From: Folioceros fuciformis
Taxonomy: Eukaryota
Direction of reading: 5' to 3'
NCBI GenBank assembly: GCA_049999805.1
Contig: JBNGIO010005069.1
Span: forward strand, 1 to 53,951
DNA: 53,951 nucleotides
Below, in pieces: positions 12,509 to 28,700 of this stretch. Within the stretch, counting starts at the first letter, position 1. Every line of letters begins with the position of its first letter. Below the pieces are notes generated by a model. The model was not told the DNA's origin, did not search any database, and worked only from the letters and a program-made list of their open reading frames with translations. The position numbers and the translations under genes are program-made.

Positions 12509-15500
12509 TGTACTCTTCCAATGTACTCTTCCAATGTACCCAAGTATTTATTTCACGCCAACCATGATCTTCGAATGAACCACTTGCAAAATACTTCCCA
12601 CATACAAAATGCAGTTATATTGAAGTATCCAACTTTCCCTACAAGCACAAACTTTCCAACCATCCCTACAAGAACATAAACAAGGAATGATCATAAATAG
12701 GTCAATGCTTTAAACACATAACAAAATGAGAAGTACGGACAGACACCTTAACATCACGTACAATGCACAAACACGTTTATAGTTTTATAGCCAAACCTAT
12801 AACAGAAGAAGTTGTCTAGGTAACTTTGGAGGGCGCTCATTTTTGTAAGAAGATAATTTTTTTGTGTTTTCTTGCCTTCAACTTTGCATATGCCTCCTTC
12901 GGAGTATATTCTGAAAATTCCATACTTTAAATTTCACACCTAGACGAGTGTATATCTTACACAAAAAGGTTTCCTCAATGGAGTTGTAAGTGTTTCCTTG
13001 ATCAAGTTGAAAGAGTTTACTTAATTAAGGAAACATCTACAAATCTTGATGTATTAGCTCTACTTCCAAACGTTTAAGTTTGCAAAGGTTACGTAGAATC
13101 ACGATAAGAAAGACTCTTCTTTCTTACAAGAATAGATGTAAACTCATACATAGTTAGAAAAATAAAATGACAAATCGATCTATCGCTGAAGGTCAAGGTG
13201 TGGAAGGAGGAAGGGTCAACAAACAAGAGCTTTGCGAACGTAGAATGCAGGTCTTGGTAGTACTATGTTGGATATTGCGAGATTTGCTAGTATTTATACG
13301 CTTGTAGGCACTCCCAAACCTAAACCCTAAAATATATTACTAGCAGTAACTACTTAATTTTTATATTTATTAAGATTTTTTTCTTTGTTTACTAAATATA
13401 TATTTAAATAAGATGAAATAAAAAAAATCTCATACTTTTTTTTTTTTTTTGTATGATGATTTGTGTCATTCACACCCACTAAAAAATGGGGGGGGGGCTT
13501 AGTAATATTTCTTAGCAACATTTTTTAGTAGTTTTGTAACCTCTCTTTTGTGTTTTATTTATTGCTTTATAACACTTCGAGTTTAAACACCAAACCAATG
13601 GAAAGTGTTTGTTGTGCTACAAGAGATCTTGCCTCTCAGCGTCTGAACCTCTCTTCCTAAGACTGTTCAACCCTAGTATAGATTATACATATATAAATAT
13701 ACACTCATGAATTCACCCCTAGTATAGATTATACATATATAAATTTACACTCGTGAATTCACACGCTCGTATGAGGTGGCCAACCTCTACGTTGATATAC
13801 ATATATTTTCTTGCAATAGTGAACACTAATGCGTCAGCAACTAGGAAACACTTCCGGCTGAAAATTACGAGGTCTTGTGAGATATGTAGATCAAATTGTT
13901 TGATAAAAAATATATAATATCTTTCTTTGTGAATGGATGTCTAATTCAGCTTTTCATTCACATGTAATGAGAATAGGGCATTGTGCTTAGTATGCTGGCG
14001 CACAATATCATGCTCATGCAATGGTAGACCGGTGCAATATGGCATAGAGTGCACCGGTAGACCAATAACACAACAATTGATTGGAAAGAAAGGTAGATAC
14101 GCAAGTGTGACGATTTGAGTGAAACCGCTTGAATAGGAAAAAAAAAAAATCAAACACTTAGGACTAAACATGAAATAGGACAAAATGCAAACAATGTGAT
14201 ACCCGCCAGATTACTACGTTCAATGATGGATTTGTATTTATGAACACCCACAAATCCGCATATAATGACACAATACATGATGTTTGCGTTGGTACGCGAC
14301 ACATTTTTTCTGCATGTTAATGCATCGCTGAAAATAAAGGCACATAAATGTGGATACATGACATGAATTTCAAACGTTTAAATCTAGCAAAGCCCGAAAT
14401 GGTGGAATCTGACCGTTTTGATTAGACCTTGTTCATTGATTAAGGTTTTTAGAAGGACGAACCTGAGAAGGTACTTCCTGTAATCCCAATCCTCGTTCGC
14501 AGGTTTTGGTGTAGGTGGAGGGATCACCCTAGCCGGAGGTGGACTAGGGGCCCCCTTCCCTTCTCACAGCCGTGGGTCGTGGGGTGCTGGAGGGACTGAT
14601 GCCCATGCTTCTCATTGTAGTCCAATTGGGTAATCAGTCAGACCAACTCGACTTGCTCCACCTACTCCCAAGTCATAGGAGTTAGGTGAGGTAGTGGTTC
14701 GGCTACCAACAGGTCATTTGGGTCTAGGCTAGTCCACGGAGGTGCGCTTTGAATTTGCACTCCCTTTGGAGCTATTACTGCCACTTGTGAAGTGTTTCTT
14801 TGTTTGGATGGTGGTGCCTTTGGTTGTTGTGGTGACGAGGGCTTGCACTTCCATGCAGGGGGTGGGCTCGCTAGGATGCTAGGGGTGGAGGCCTGTTCTG
14901 TAGGCAGTGTGGGCTCCCTCATAGCTCTACCGACCACTTCCTCTTCCGTTGTCTTTGTTTTCGGTAAGGCAACAAGTCACGTAGGTAGCTAGATTGGTTG
15001 CTTGACCACAAAGACCACCTTCTTGTGGGCCAGTTGGGTGGGTGCTTGGTCGGGGTAGGCTGGCTTTGGAGATTGAAGCCACCGACTGTGAGCTATTCCA
15101 CCTTGGTCGAGGCACTGAAGTGCCCCCAAATGTGGTAAAGGAACAAAAACAACCTAGACAGAGAGGGCTTCTCTTGTCGGAGCCTTCAGGCATTTGCTTG
15201 GATTCGGTTTGCCACCACCTTTTCCCACTTGACTAGGGGGCCCTGCGCAAGTTCGTATCTAAGGAGGAGGACCTTGTTAGCCTCATGGTCTGTCTTTGAG
15301 ACGTAAATTTGCTAGTTGACGATTAGTCTAGCCACCTCCCAATCCATAGGTCACAAATGTTGCGGATTAGCCATCTATTTGTGGCCTTGAAGGCTCCGTC
15401 TAACAATAGGGCTTGGGTCACCTCTTTTACCAACTCCCTGCTCCAATGCGAGTTGAGGTAAAGTCCTCCCTTCTCGGTGGCGGGGTGCCTATAGACTTCC

Positions 15501-16294
15501 CTCATCATCTAAACGGTCCACAAAAGGGGGTTGGATTGGATTCGCTCTGAGTCCTTCCTCCCTTTGACACAATGCCAACGGTTCCCAGCAAACTCTTGGA
15601 TTGCCAACATAGTTTGAATGTTCCAAGAGAGCTGGAAGAATCTCAACTCCTGCTGCTCAACTAGGTCTCTAGCTGCCTTCAACCACAACCCAAAATCGGG
15701 GTAGGCACGAGTCTAGATGTGGTCTTCGTTGCTCCTCCATGGATTGCTTGCCTCTAGAAGCTGATCGAGCACCATCTACATAACAGAGTAAGCAAGCAAG
15801 AGGGGTAGGAAGAGTAGCATTGTGAACTCCAAAAGAATGTTGGGAGAGTAGAAGAGAATGAAGAGATAGGTCACAATCATAAAGAAAGCGTCCTTGCTTG
15901 AAAAGTTGGAAGTCAAGAGCTTGCGAAGGCGAAGGCGGAGGTGGTGGGAGATGCATGGCACTCACAACCTCCGGAGTGGAGGGGTTGGGATGAGAAGGGC
16001 CGCATAATTAGCAACGTATCCTAAAGTGAAGTCCTTACACTACTCAGCTATCCAATCCTCCAAATGTCTGGTGGTGGTTTTCCTCGCTACTGTTGATATT
16101 GTTAGTACTGGCTGTAGCCCGATCATGAGCCACCTCAGCATGTCCACCAATTAGCGTACATGAGTCAGCCTCTCTTGCATGTACTCAGTGCAATGCACTG
16201 GAGTACGGAATCAGGGGAAAAATTAAAGAAAAAATACTAAAATACTTACTCAGCAGGGAATGGAGTTTTACTCCGTTTAGTTTGCTGCAATCTA

Positions 16295-16488
16295 TGTGAG
16301 GGCTTGAAGGGAAAAAGAAAAAGAGGTCCTTTACCTCCTCCATGCAAGTAGAGATCCTTTAGCTCCTACATGTAAGTAGCCACCTAAGGTGTGAGGACTT
16401 GAAGGGAAAAAGAAAAAAGGGGTTCTTTACCTCCTACATGGAAGGAGAGATCCTTTAGCTCCTACATGTAAGGAGCCACCTAAGGTGA
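16295..16488. repeat. ~95-bp direct duplication
   Basis: TGTGAGG.CTTGAAGGGAAAAAGAAA...AGATCCTTTAGCTCCTACATGTAAG.AGCCACCTAAGGTG occurs at 16295 and 16390. Confidence 0.85.
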
Positions 16489-17790
16489 TACGCGTAAGAG
16501 ATTTCATTATTAAAGGAGGTTCTTGTTTTCTTTGAAGCACAAGGGCATTGATGGGAAGCCAAATTTCATATAACAGAAAAGCACATAAGAAAAAGTGAAA
16601 GAACAATGGTTGGAGAGAAAAAAAAAAAAAAGGGAAGAAAGAAAGAATTGGGGACAAAAGCTAAGCCGTTATGAACATAGGAATAAGTGGGAATAAGTAT
16701 GAGTTGACTTGAGTCTAGATTAGCTATATTGAAGAGCAATAGAGGAACACACGAAGGTTAACAAAGTGGAGTTGATAGGCACTTCAGGCACGAGAGATGG
16801 GAGCAAACTTTGTAAGCCTGACCTTGGAAATTGTAGAGATTTATGTACATGTAGAATTGAACTTGAGGAGTAGCATAGAATTGAACTTGAGGAGTAGCAT
16901 GGTGGGCCAATTGGTATAGACCCTCAAGCTCTTTGCAACTTCATCGCCGATCGGATAAGGCACAAGATCAAAGCTGATTGAGCTTAAGAGCTGAGTGAAG
17001 GGGTGGAGAGCCGAAATTGGAAATCGTCTTGACAAGAATGTTCATGAGATGAATGAAGAAGTTGTGGTTGTACTACTCTCCATCCACTTTACCATAGATG
17101 AGGATGAGGCACATTCGGTGATCCGTCGATTCCATGATTCGTTGAAGAAAACAAAGAAGTGGGTGCTCCTAGCGTTGTTTCTAATGCATGTGTGTGGACG
17201 CCGCGCATATTCGATTTTGTCTACACTTGGGCACAATGCTTGCGGCATGGTCACCATGTAAGACACTCACCACGGCCACTTGCCTCACCACGGCCGCGAG
17301 AGCTTTTGTCGGCAATTCTCTTTGGGAATGCGGGATCCGGAGTCAAGCTCCTAAAACTGCGGGAGAAGTAATGACCATGACTCCGGACATGGTGGTCCAG
17401 GGGGGGAAGAAAGCTGCACTATTTGCTTGCAACGTAGTGTTCACATTCCACAGCTGAAGAGCAATATTGCGTGAAGTGGGAGGGCGTGCAGGTGCGCATT
17501 TTGCATCCTTGAAATTCAATTTCGTTGTTGTTGAATGCTCCAGCACAGAACGAGCGATCTGAACATCAGCATTTGTTCCAATCTATGGTCACAGTGAAGG
17601 ACATCAGCGCGGTATACCCAGTAATCTGGATAAGAGAGCGATTCTGTAGTCGTAGCGGTAGAATAGATCCTTGGATAGAGTCTGTCAACATCGTACAAGC
17701 TCACCTGGACGCGCTGGCCCCCCGAGTCTCTGGTCCCTGCACCAGACTACCCTCTGTAGCTGTGTCTGTTGAAAGAATCGGAGGGTAGCA

Positions 17791-20050
<2,260 letters not shown>

Positions 20051-21547
20051 TCTGCCAATGCAGCAATGAAAGGCTCAAAATGGACTGCTTTTCTGGGTGG
20101 ATGAAATTTTCCATTTCTTTGGTTTTAATATATATTAATGGTTTTTTGGATATTACATCAAGACGTTTTACACCTTTTTTAAATATTTTGTTTGGGCGCT
20201 TTTACACAGAGACAACCCTGGTTGCAGGACTGCGTTGGGAGGACGCGGCCTGCCCTAACTGCGTTCTCGAAAGAATATGGCACACCTAGCTTTCTTGGTG
20301 CTGACAGGTGCAGGACTACTAGCTGCAAGGAGACGAGACTGATACGCTGAGGAGTGTGACTTTGATCGGTGCCTTGCGAGCCACGTTCGCAAGCTGGTGA
20401 ACTGTAGGGAAAATAGCTTTTTGGTCACACATCTTGAGAGCCTCCTACCGTTTTTGTAGCAATGACTCTGAGGCGGCTGTCTGACCTTCTCCGGGTGTGA
20501 GAACGCAGGCGAAGTAACAGGAATACTGGGTGGTTGGTTCTTCTTGACTGGACTGACAGCCAAACCTTAGGGCTTGCAGGAGGACATGGGTGAATTTTCT
20601 GATTCTTTGCCCCTCTCCTGTCGGTTAGACCACTGTCTGACCTTGACAAGAGATGTAGGAACATCTGCTCGGAACTGGAGTGTCTTTCTCCATGTAACTG
20701 TCTTCGTCCAATAGCTCCAGTGGAAACTCTGCAGGGACCCTTTCGTGTCTCCCAAAGCGGTGTCAAACAGGAGGCCTTTCACATTCCTGCACGGTAGTCT
20801 AAACGTCAGTCGTTGGACCTATGACAATCCTGGCAGAACCAGTCAGTGTGATTTTGGGGGGATTTCTTCCCCTATTACCCCGATCCTTGGCGCCCCCACC
20901 CCTAGAACCTTTGCTAGCACGTGAGGGTTATCGGGCGCAGATCCTCGCCCTTTGACGACATCCCCGGTGCGCACTTTGTCTGCCGACTGCGGGAGTCGAG
21001 GTGTGTTGTCAACTCACGGAAGTAGCAAAAAGAAAATCGATTCCCGAAAATCGCCACATTTGTGAAAATATTATGCGGGCCCCTTGCTCAGAGCAGACGG
21101 TGACTCTTTGCGACCAGTCAGTCCTTGAGCGCCACAGGACCGCTGGAAATAGTATTGTCTTGTTCGGCCCAGAAAGAACGATAGAGGTGCCTTCAATCGC
21201 ATTCAACTCAGCCAAAATCAGGATTCAATTCTCTTAAACCTATGTCCACATCTTCACGAGTGATGCTGTAGAAGTCATCCATTCTTTCTCAAATTTCCGC
21301 AGAAATTGCTGAACGCAGGATTCTCTAGCATGGTTTGATCCATAACCTCGAGCCGTGCCCCTCCTGCAGCTCCCTCTAAATCTAGAGAAACTGTAGCAAC
21401 TGGTGAACTTACAAGAGCCATACCAAAAACTCAGACATGCTCGGTAACTAGCAAGCAGCTGGGGCATGGCACCTTTGGATCAGACACTGCCAGTAGATTC
21501 GCATATGTTGCCCACCTTAAATGCTTTTTTCTTTGACAATATGGTGA

Positions 21548-21680
21548 GCATAGGGCGGTGGTGATGGTGCGTAGGGCGGTGGTGATGGTGCGTACGGCGG
21601 CGATGGTGAGCGTAGGGTAGTGGTGATGGAGAGTAGGGCGGTTATGATGAATGTGGAGTGTAGGGTGGTGGTATGGCATA
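21548..21680. repeat. Degenerate 21-bp minisatellite (GTAGGGCGGTGGTGATGGTGC)
   Basis: About six imperfect units are visible. Confidence 0.75.
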
Positions 21681-21967
21681 GGTGTGTGCGCAACTTTGCT
21701 ATGCCATTACGCGGCTATGGGCCTAGGGTTTCTAAGAGGTGCTCTTTGGAGGAAGAGTTTGGACGATGCAAAGTGATGTAGGACAAGGCTATGTTCATTA
21801 GGGCTTGGGTGCGTGAGGAAGGTGGTGGAGTAGGCTCACCGTACATATATAATAGGGTTCAAGCATTTAGCACTGGTATATATGGTGGTATACGAGTGGT
21901 ATAGAATTGCTTGTAGGAATGCTATACTGGATGAAAATGGTATATCGACATGGTGGAGCAAGCAAGT

Positions 21968-22385
21968 AAGGTTTAGGGTTTAGTGACACGGCAGAGCAAC
22001 AAGGGTTTACAGTTTACAAGCATGGCAGCAGTAGAATGGATTTAGGGCATGGCAGGGGAGAATGGATGTAGGGTTTAGAGGCATTGCATAGAAAAATAGG
22101 TTTAGGATTTAGCGACATGATGGAGCAAAATAGGTTTAGGGTTTAGCCGCATGGCAGAGTGGAGTGGGTTTAGGGTGTAGTGACATGGTGGAGAAAAATG
22201 GATTAGGGTTTAGGGTTTAGTTACGGTTTAGCTGAATCATGACATAGCTGAATAGGTTTAGGGTTTAGTTACATGATGGAGAAAAGTGGGTTTAGCGTTT
22301 CATAAACATTGTGGAGCAAAATGGGTCTAGGGTTGAGCAGCTTAGAGTGGAGCATATGGAGGGCATTATAGGGTTATGGGTTACA
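21968..22385 (+). repeat. Degenerate interstitial telomere-like (TTTAGGG) array in ~36-40-bp units
   Basis: Repeated GGTTTAGGGTTTAG blocks at about 21970, 22070, 22133, 22167, 22204 and 22255, separated by ..CATGG.. spacers. Confidence 0.75.
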
Positions 22386-22446
22386 ATGAGGAGTACAATT
22401 GTTTGGTTTTGATCAATTTGCAAGACTTTCTACATGCCTCTATCAC

Positions 22447-24120
22447 ATGGCGCATAACACCTAACCTTTACCTATCAAGGACACCCCTTGCCTAGTGTGT
22501 TCTCAACTTTGCTCCGGGGTCAAGGGGGTGAAGTGTCATATTGGTCACAAGCATAAGGACTTCGATAGAACCACTTGGGTGGCACAAGTGCGACTTGTTT
22601 CTTCCTCCGAACCAACTACCAATCCTCTTCTAACAAAGCCTCTGGGGCCATCCCCAGAGGCTTGGTTGTGGCTTCAAGGGCAATCTGATCACTTGCTGGC
22701 TCTTTTCCGTGCTCGTTTTCCATGTCCTCGCCTCTTGCGACATCTCCCTAAGCGCCTACATGATGATATTCACCTTTCTTATCATCTTCCCTTAGATCGC
22801 CTTGCTTATCGTCTTCCCTTAGATCGCCTTGCTTATCATCTTCCCTTAGATCGCCTTGCTTATCGTCTTCCCTTAGATAGCCTTGCTTGGGACCCGAGGG
22901 ATGAGGGTGCTTGGATTTTGTTCCTTTTCTTGCCTAGATGGTGCCTTCGGCGCTCTAGGGGTGGTCCGTCATGTCATAGGGAGGTGGCCTCTCAACTTCG
23001 TCGTTTTCGATCCGGAGATTGGCAAGCTCTTCAGGAGGAGAATCTACTCGCAGCAAAATCTCGATTGGAGTCAGCTAAGGTTGACAAGGTATGCCATGAC
23101 CCATTTAAAGCGCATCTCAAGCGGTGTCTCATGTTGGGCAGGGATGGTGAATATGCTCGGGCTACTAGAGCATTGCGCATAGAGCCGGCTGCCTCTGCAA
23201 TTGAGGACACCATTGCTGCACTTCGTGCCCTTTATCCAAGCCCACAGCTAGGCAAGGTTTCCGCCTGTTGTGAAGCGCTTCTCGCGGTGAAACCCGCATG
23301 GCTTTTCAACACAATGGTGGCCTATCTTGAAGATGGCCATCTTACACACCCCATGGATTTACTGGACTGCGGGCATGTTCAATGGAGATGATCCTGCTTC
23401 CTGCAACTCGCTTCAAATTCTTTGTGAGATTTGGCAATCTACTCTCTACAGTGCCTCTGGCCTAAGAACATGGCTCATAAATTCAAGAAGTTCATGGGAA
23501 GCGGGCTGAGTTCATGCTCCCTCCCACTTCTGCTCCGTCTCACCTCTCCTTTTTGTAGAATCAGGAGGGATTAGCCTAGCGATAGAAATGCTAGATGCGG
23601 GGCATAGGCTCATCATCAGGACGAATCCTGGAATCACCACTATCCTTTTTTATGCACCTGATAGTCTGCTGAAGGGAAAGCTAATCCAATCGGGAAGGCT
23701 GCATGATGCCAAATCACAGGCGGTAGTTACTGCAAGGAATCCATAACGGTGAGGTGTGCTTGCTTACTTAAGTAAAGCAATAGGAGGTTCTTAAATAGTC
23801 TAGGCATGGTAACCGTTCTAACTGAAAATGTGAACTACCATAACTATCCTAGTAAACATGTAGTAAATTATGTTTACTAGAGTCCCGATAAAAGCGGGTT
23901 GGGTTGTGTTCGCTGGATGGTGGATGGGGGAGGTCGTGTTGGCTGGATGTTGGACCCTGGTGTTTAGGCTTCCTGTTCGTTGGCTATTGGGTTGTGATCT
24001 TCCCCTTGCCTAGGCCAATGCCTACGCCTGCCATTCCACCTCTAGACGATGCTCTTATGTGTAACCTGTTGTATGCAGAGGGTTCGATTGCAAAAAAGAA
24101 AAGAAGAGAAAAAAGAAGAG
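22447..24120 (+). mobile_element. Remnant of a CRE/R2-type (RLE-class) non-LTR retrotransposon, with the RT core missing
   Basis: C2H2 finger CLVC-x12-H-x4-H at 22489-22554. It is followed by LFLPRWCL..RFRSGDWQAL and GEYARATRAL..EPAA..EDTIAALRALYP, which resemble the pre-RT region of CRE-clade elements. A 27-bp coding repeat occurs four times (22776-22885). A G/T-rich segment ends in an A-rich tail at 24092-24119. The 3' boundary is tentative. Confidence 0.6.
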
Positions 24121-25775
24121 TAGATTATACAAGAGGTAGGTAAAGTCTGTTAATGCACAGGCTCGAAGAGGAGCTGGTTCCAGTGGTGCTGCATCTTAGC
24201 TGAGGGGGAGGTCTAGCCGTCGTTGTCTGCATAGAGGTAATGTGCGATCATGGCATTGTGCCAGAAGACGAGTTTGCAGGGTGTGGGCACGGCCGATGGT
24301 GTGAAGACATGCTGCACCAGTTGTTTCATGTTTGATTCCACCACAGCTCGAATGTCGTGGTCCGCTTCCTCCTCGCTCTTCTCCGGGTACTCTCTCATAT
24401 GAACGATCATACTGTTGACTTCCGGTATCCCCCTCTGTGGCAGACTCAAGATTGGTCCTGGATGCTGTACATGTGTGATGTGTGCAGACATGCGAAACGC
24501 CACCTTGAATACATGTTAGCATACCTGGTAAGATCTAAGGTCGTTCAAGAGGCGCCCTACAATTGAGGTCTTTGTATAGAGGTCGTGGTACTCCGAGATA
24601 ATGACCTCTTCGCTTACCTTCACGCCGGGTATCAAGAAGCTAGGTCCCAAACTGCAAACCTCAGCGTCGATGCAGATTGCGGGGACTGGGATAAATTCGG
24701 TCCAGGTGGGAATGGTGTCTTTGTTAGAGATTCAATCCTCTGCTACTCACTCTCGTATATTAGGATATATTAGGATATTGCACTCTCGAGTCTAGGGCTT
24801 ACCTTCTCGATAGTTGCCCAGCCTATAGACTATATATGTAGCACACTGTGCACCATATTGCCTTGTACTTTCGAGTCCATCTAAGCCAGTGGTGCTATTG
24901 CGTGTAGGGTTATTAAAGCCCAATGTGCTTAGACTAATGTGATTAGTCTAATTAGACTAATGTGATTAGTTTAATTAGACTAATGTAATTAGTCTAAGAT
25001 TAGTGTCTAATTAAATATCATTAGTTTAGATCTTTAGGAAGCTTCCTGCATAGCTTCCTGTGAGCTTCTTGTGAAGCTTCCTTGGGAGCTTTTCTAGAGG
25101 GTATAAATACCCTCTTGAGCTCCCTTTGCAATAGAGCTATGAGAGACACTGTGAGACCTCTCTTTCTCCTCTCCTCCTCTCTTCCTCTCCTCTCCTCTCC
25201 TCTTCCCCTTCATCATGTGGCTCCCTTTCCGATCCTTCAACTGGTATCAGAGCGCAGGTTGTGCAGCTAGGACTGTGGAGCAGAGGGTGATGGCAGGTGC
25301 CGTGGACGAGGTGCACCGAGGCATGAGGAAGGCTCTAGAGTGAAGGCAGAATCGCGGTGGCCGTTTGAGGCCACCTTCTGCCCGGAGTGCAGGAGGCTCC
25401 AGCCGTGCCTTGCTCAGGTTGTGGCAGCGATAGCGGCATCGCGAGGCGCCATGGGTGCCAGGCCGCGGGCGCAGGCGATGTGGGTGCACCGGAGCGCCGC
25501 AGCAAGTGCAGGCGGAAGGCACCAAACCGCGGGGGCGCCGCCACGGGCACGACGGGCTCGGACGCCGTGGGCGCCGCCGGCACGTCGGGAGCGACCGAAT
25601 TCCGGCCGCAGACAGTCGAGTTAATCTTGCAACGCCAAGAGGGCTAGAATCGGACTTGGGCCCATCGTGTCAGCCTAAATTGTGGACAATCGTGAGGGTA
25701 ACTTTCAGAATCTATATTACATTTTCGATCATTTTCTAACTAGCCTTTTTACTTGATTTGTATCGATTTTGAAAT

Positions 25776-28700
25776 ATGGCGTCCTTAGAAAACGTCATGT
25801 TCAACATAGAGAAGTTAGATGGTACTAACTTCCCGTTCTGGAAAGAACAAGTCTACAATGTTCTAGTGCAGAAGAAGCAGATCAAGCCGATAAAGTTGCT
25901 AGGAGTGAAACCCATTAGCATGACTCAGGATGAGTGGCAGGATCTAGATGAGCTTGTTAGGTCTACGATCATGCTAACATTGTCGAAGTCGGTCTACTTC
26001 AATGTGAAAGACAAGACCACAAGTTACGAGCTATGGCAGAAGTTGTGTGACCTGTATGAGAAGCAAAGTGCAGCTTCTCAAGTGTACTGGTTGAAACAGC
26101 TGGTGGACTTGAAGATGAAGGAAGGGACGAGGACGTTCGATCATCTGAATGAGTTCAATACCATTTTCAGCCAGCTCTTAGCTCAAGGTATCTCGTTCCC
26201 AGATTCCGTGAGAGCTATGTTTCTGTTGGATACATTACCAGAGAGCTGGGACACCTTTCGTACCGCTCTGAGTAATTCTGCTCTTGCCAGTGGTCTTACC
26301 GTTGTAAATGTAGAAGGTAGCCTATTAACAGAGGAGGTGAATAGGAAGAACATGGAACCTTCGAAAGGTTCCAATGACCTCATGGTGAGAGGAAGGTCCA
26401 CTTCAAAGGGGAAGTACAAGGAGCGAAGTCTTTCCCGTAGTAAGTCTCGTACTCGTAACAATGTTGAATGTTATCATTGTCACAAGAAGGGTCATATCAA
26501 CAGGGACTGCGAGAAGTTCAAGAAGGACAAAGAAAAGGAAAAGAAGCAGAGCGACAACAAGGCGAGGTCAAGTACCAAGCCTAACGAGGTGAATTCTGTT
26601 AACGATGGAGATGTTCTTATCTCTTCTTCCTTCGATTCTGCACAACTGACAGCCGTGGATAGTCATTTATTCTCTAATTGGATAATTGACTCTGGAGCAT
26701 CTTTCCATGTTACTCTGCATAGGGAGTGGTTTAGCACTTATGATGCTACTAGAAAAGGATGTGTTCGGCTTGGAAATAACTACGCATGCGAGATTGCAGG
26801 CGTTGGTGATGTGCAGCTGAAGTTCCACAACGGATCTTCATTCACATTGAAGGATGTTAGGCATGTTCCGAAGTTGACAAAAAACATGATTAGCGCAGGG
26901 CAGTTGGATGACGCTGGCTACCACTGTTGGTTTGGAGATAATTCTTGGAAGGTCTCCAAAGGTTCTCTTGTGTTAGCTCGCGGATCGAAGTATGGCACTT
27001 TGTACTCACTTCAGGTAACCACTGTCAAGGATCATGTGATTTGTGTAACGGAACAGCCAAGTGTTTCCTTATGGCATAGTCGGTTAGGACATATGTCTCA
27101 AAAAGGAATGAAGATCTTATCTCGTTTTGGTTACGACCCTGCTTTTGACTTGTCCGATTTCTCTGTGTGTGAGCACTGTTTATATGAGAAATAGACGAAG
27201 TTACCACATGGAGCAAGAGGTAAACACAAACGTAAACCTCTTGAGTTGGTTCACAGTGACATTTGTGAACCTATGCCCACTATATCATTAGGCGGTGCAT
27301 CTTATTTTGTCTCTTTCATTGATGACTTCTCACGCAAGGTGTGGATTTATCCTTTGAGGAAAAAAGATGATGTTCTGACAGTGTTTCAGAAATTCATCAC
27401 CCTTGTGGAGAATCAGTCTAGCCTCCGACTGAAGTGTTTAAGGACAGACAATGGGGGAGAGTATGTCTCCAAGGCTTTCCAGTCATTCTGTGATTCTAAG
27501 GGAATCAAGAGAGAATTGACTGCGCCGTATACTCCTCTCCAGAATGGTGTGGCTGAACGGATGAACAGGACCATCCAGGAGAGGATGCGTACTTTGTTGT
27601 CAAACTCTGGATTGCCTAACGGATTTTGGGCAAAAGCAGTAGTTACGGCAGTGCATCTTATTAAGAGATCTCCTAATAGGGCTGTGAAAGAACAGGTTCC
27701 AGAGGAGATGTGGTCTGGCAAGAAGCCATCATACAAGCATCTACGAGTGTTTCGCTGCGAGGCATACTACCATGTTCCGAAAGAGTTTCGGGATAAGTTG
27801 GCACCCAAGTCCAAGAAATGTATTTTTTTTGGCTATGGTGAATCTGGTGAGATGGGATATCATCTATGGGATCCAGAAGCCAAGAGGATGGTTCGGAGCA
27901 ATGATGTGTTCTTCAATGAGACCAAGATGCACAAGAAGCCTACTCCAACTGTGGAGGTGCGACGGGTGGTGTTTCAAGAAGATGGATTTGACTGTCCCGT
28001 GCAGGTTGAACGTCGTGATGTGCAGGAACAAGTTCCTCCACTTGTACAAGAGGAGAGAGGGCAACTAGCTCCGGTCGAGGTGCCAGCGCTTCGTGTTGAA
28101 ATAGTACCACAGGCCTAGAAGGACTCCATAGTTCCTTACTTATGGTGCACAGGATGCTACATATATAGCCTTCAGGCGGGGCAACCCTCGATAAGGTAAG
28201 CCTTAGTCTCGAGGGTGCAATATTCTGATAACACTTAGATGATAGATAACTATGAGTTCAATATGGGATAATCTACACTATCCTAAGTGTTGTATGCTCT
28301 TAATAACAATTCAGTTAGAGCTTGATTTCTAACACTTCGTAGGTCGGGAAGGATCTCACGTCCTCCTGACAGGTATGTTGCATCTCTTGATTATGTCATG
28401 CTGACGGATTGTGGGGAGCCCTCTTGTTATCAAGAGGCCATGTCAGTGACTGACAAGGACAAGTGGGAAAAGGCGATGCAGTCGCAAATGGATTCGCTCC
28501 ATAAGAACCAACCTTGGGAGTTGGTTCGGTTGCCTAGGGGTAAGAAGGCGTTGCCATGCAAATGGGTGTATAAGATGAAGGAAATACCCCATTATGGCAA
28601 ACCCAAGTACAAGGCACGATTGGTTGCTAAGGGTTTTAAGCAACAGCAAGGTATTGACTTTGATGAGATTTTCTCACCGGTTGTCAAAATGATCACCTTG

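Noticed and set aside
14470-17200. Short ORFs with a coding-like look
   Set aside because: No recognisable domain or coherent exon chain. Probably decayed TE sequence, which I cannot assign.
25260-25650. GC-rich ORFs in the leader of copia B, including a DEVH-like word
   Set aside because: They lie between the PBS and gag, contain a stop and have no further helicase motifs. This fits an ordinary GC-rich leader.
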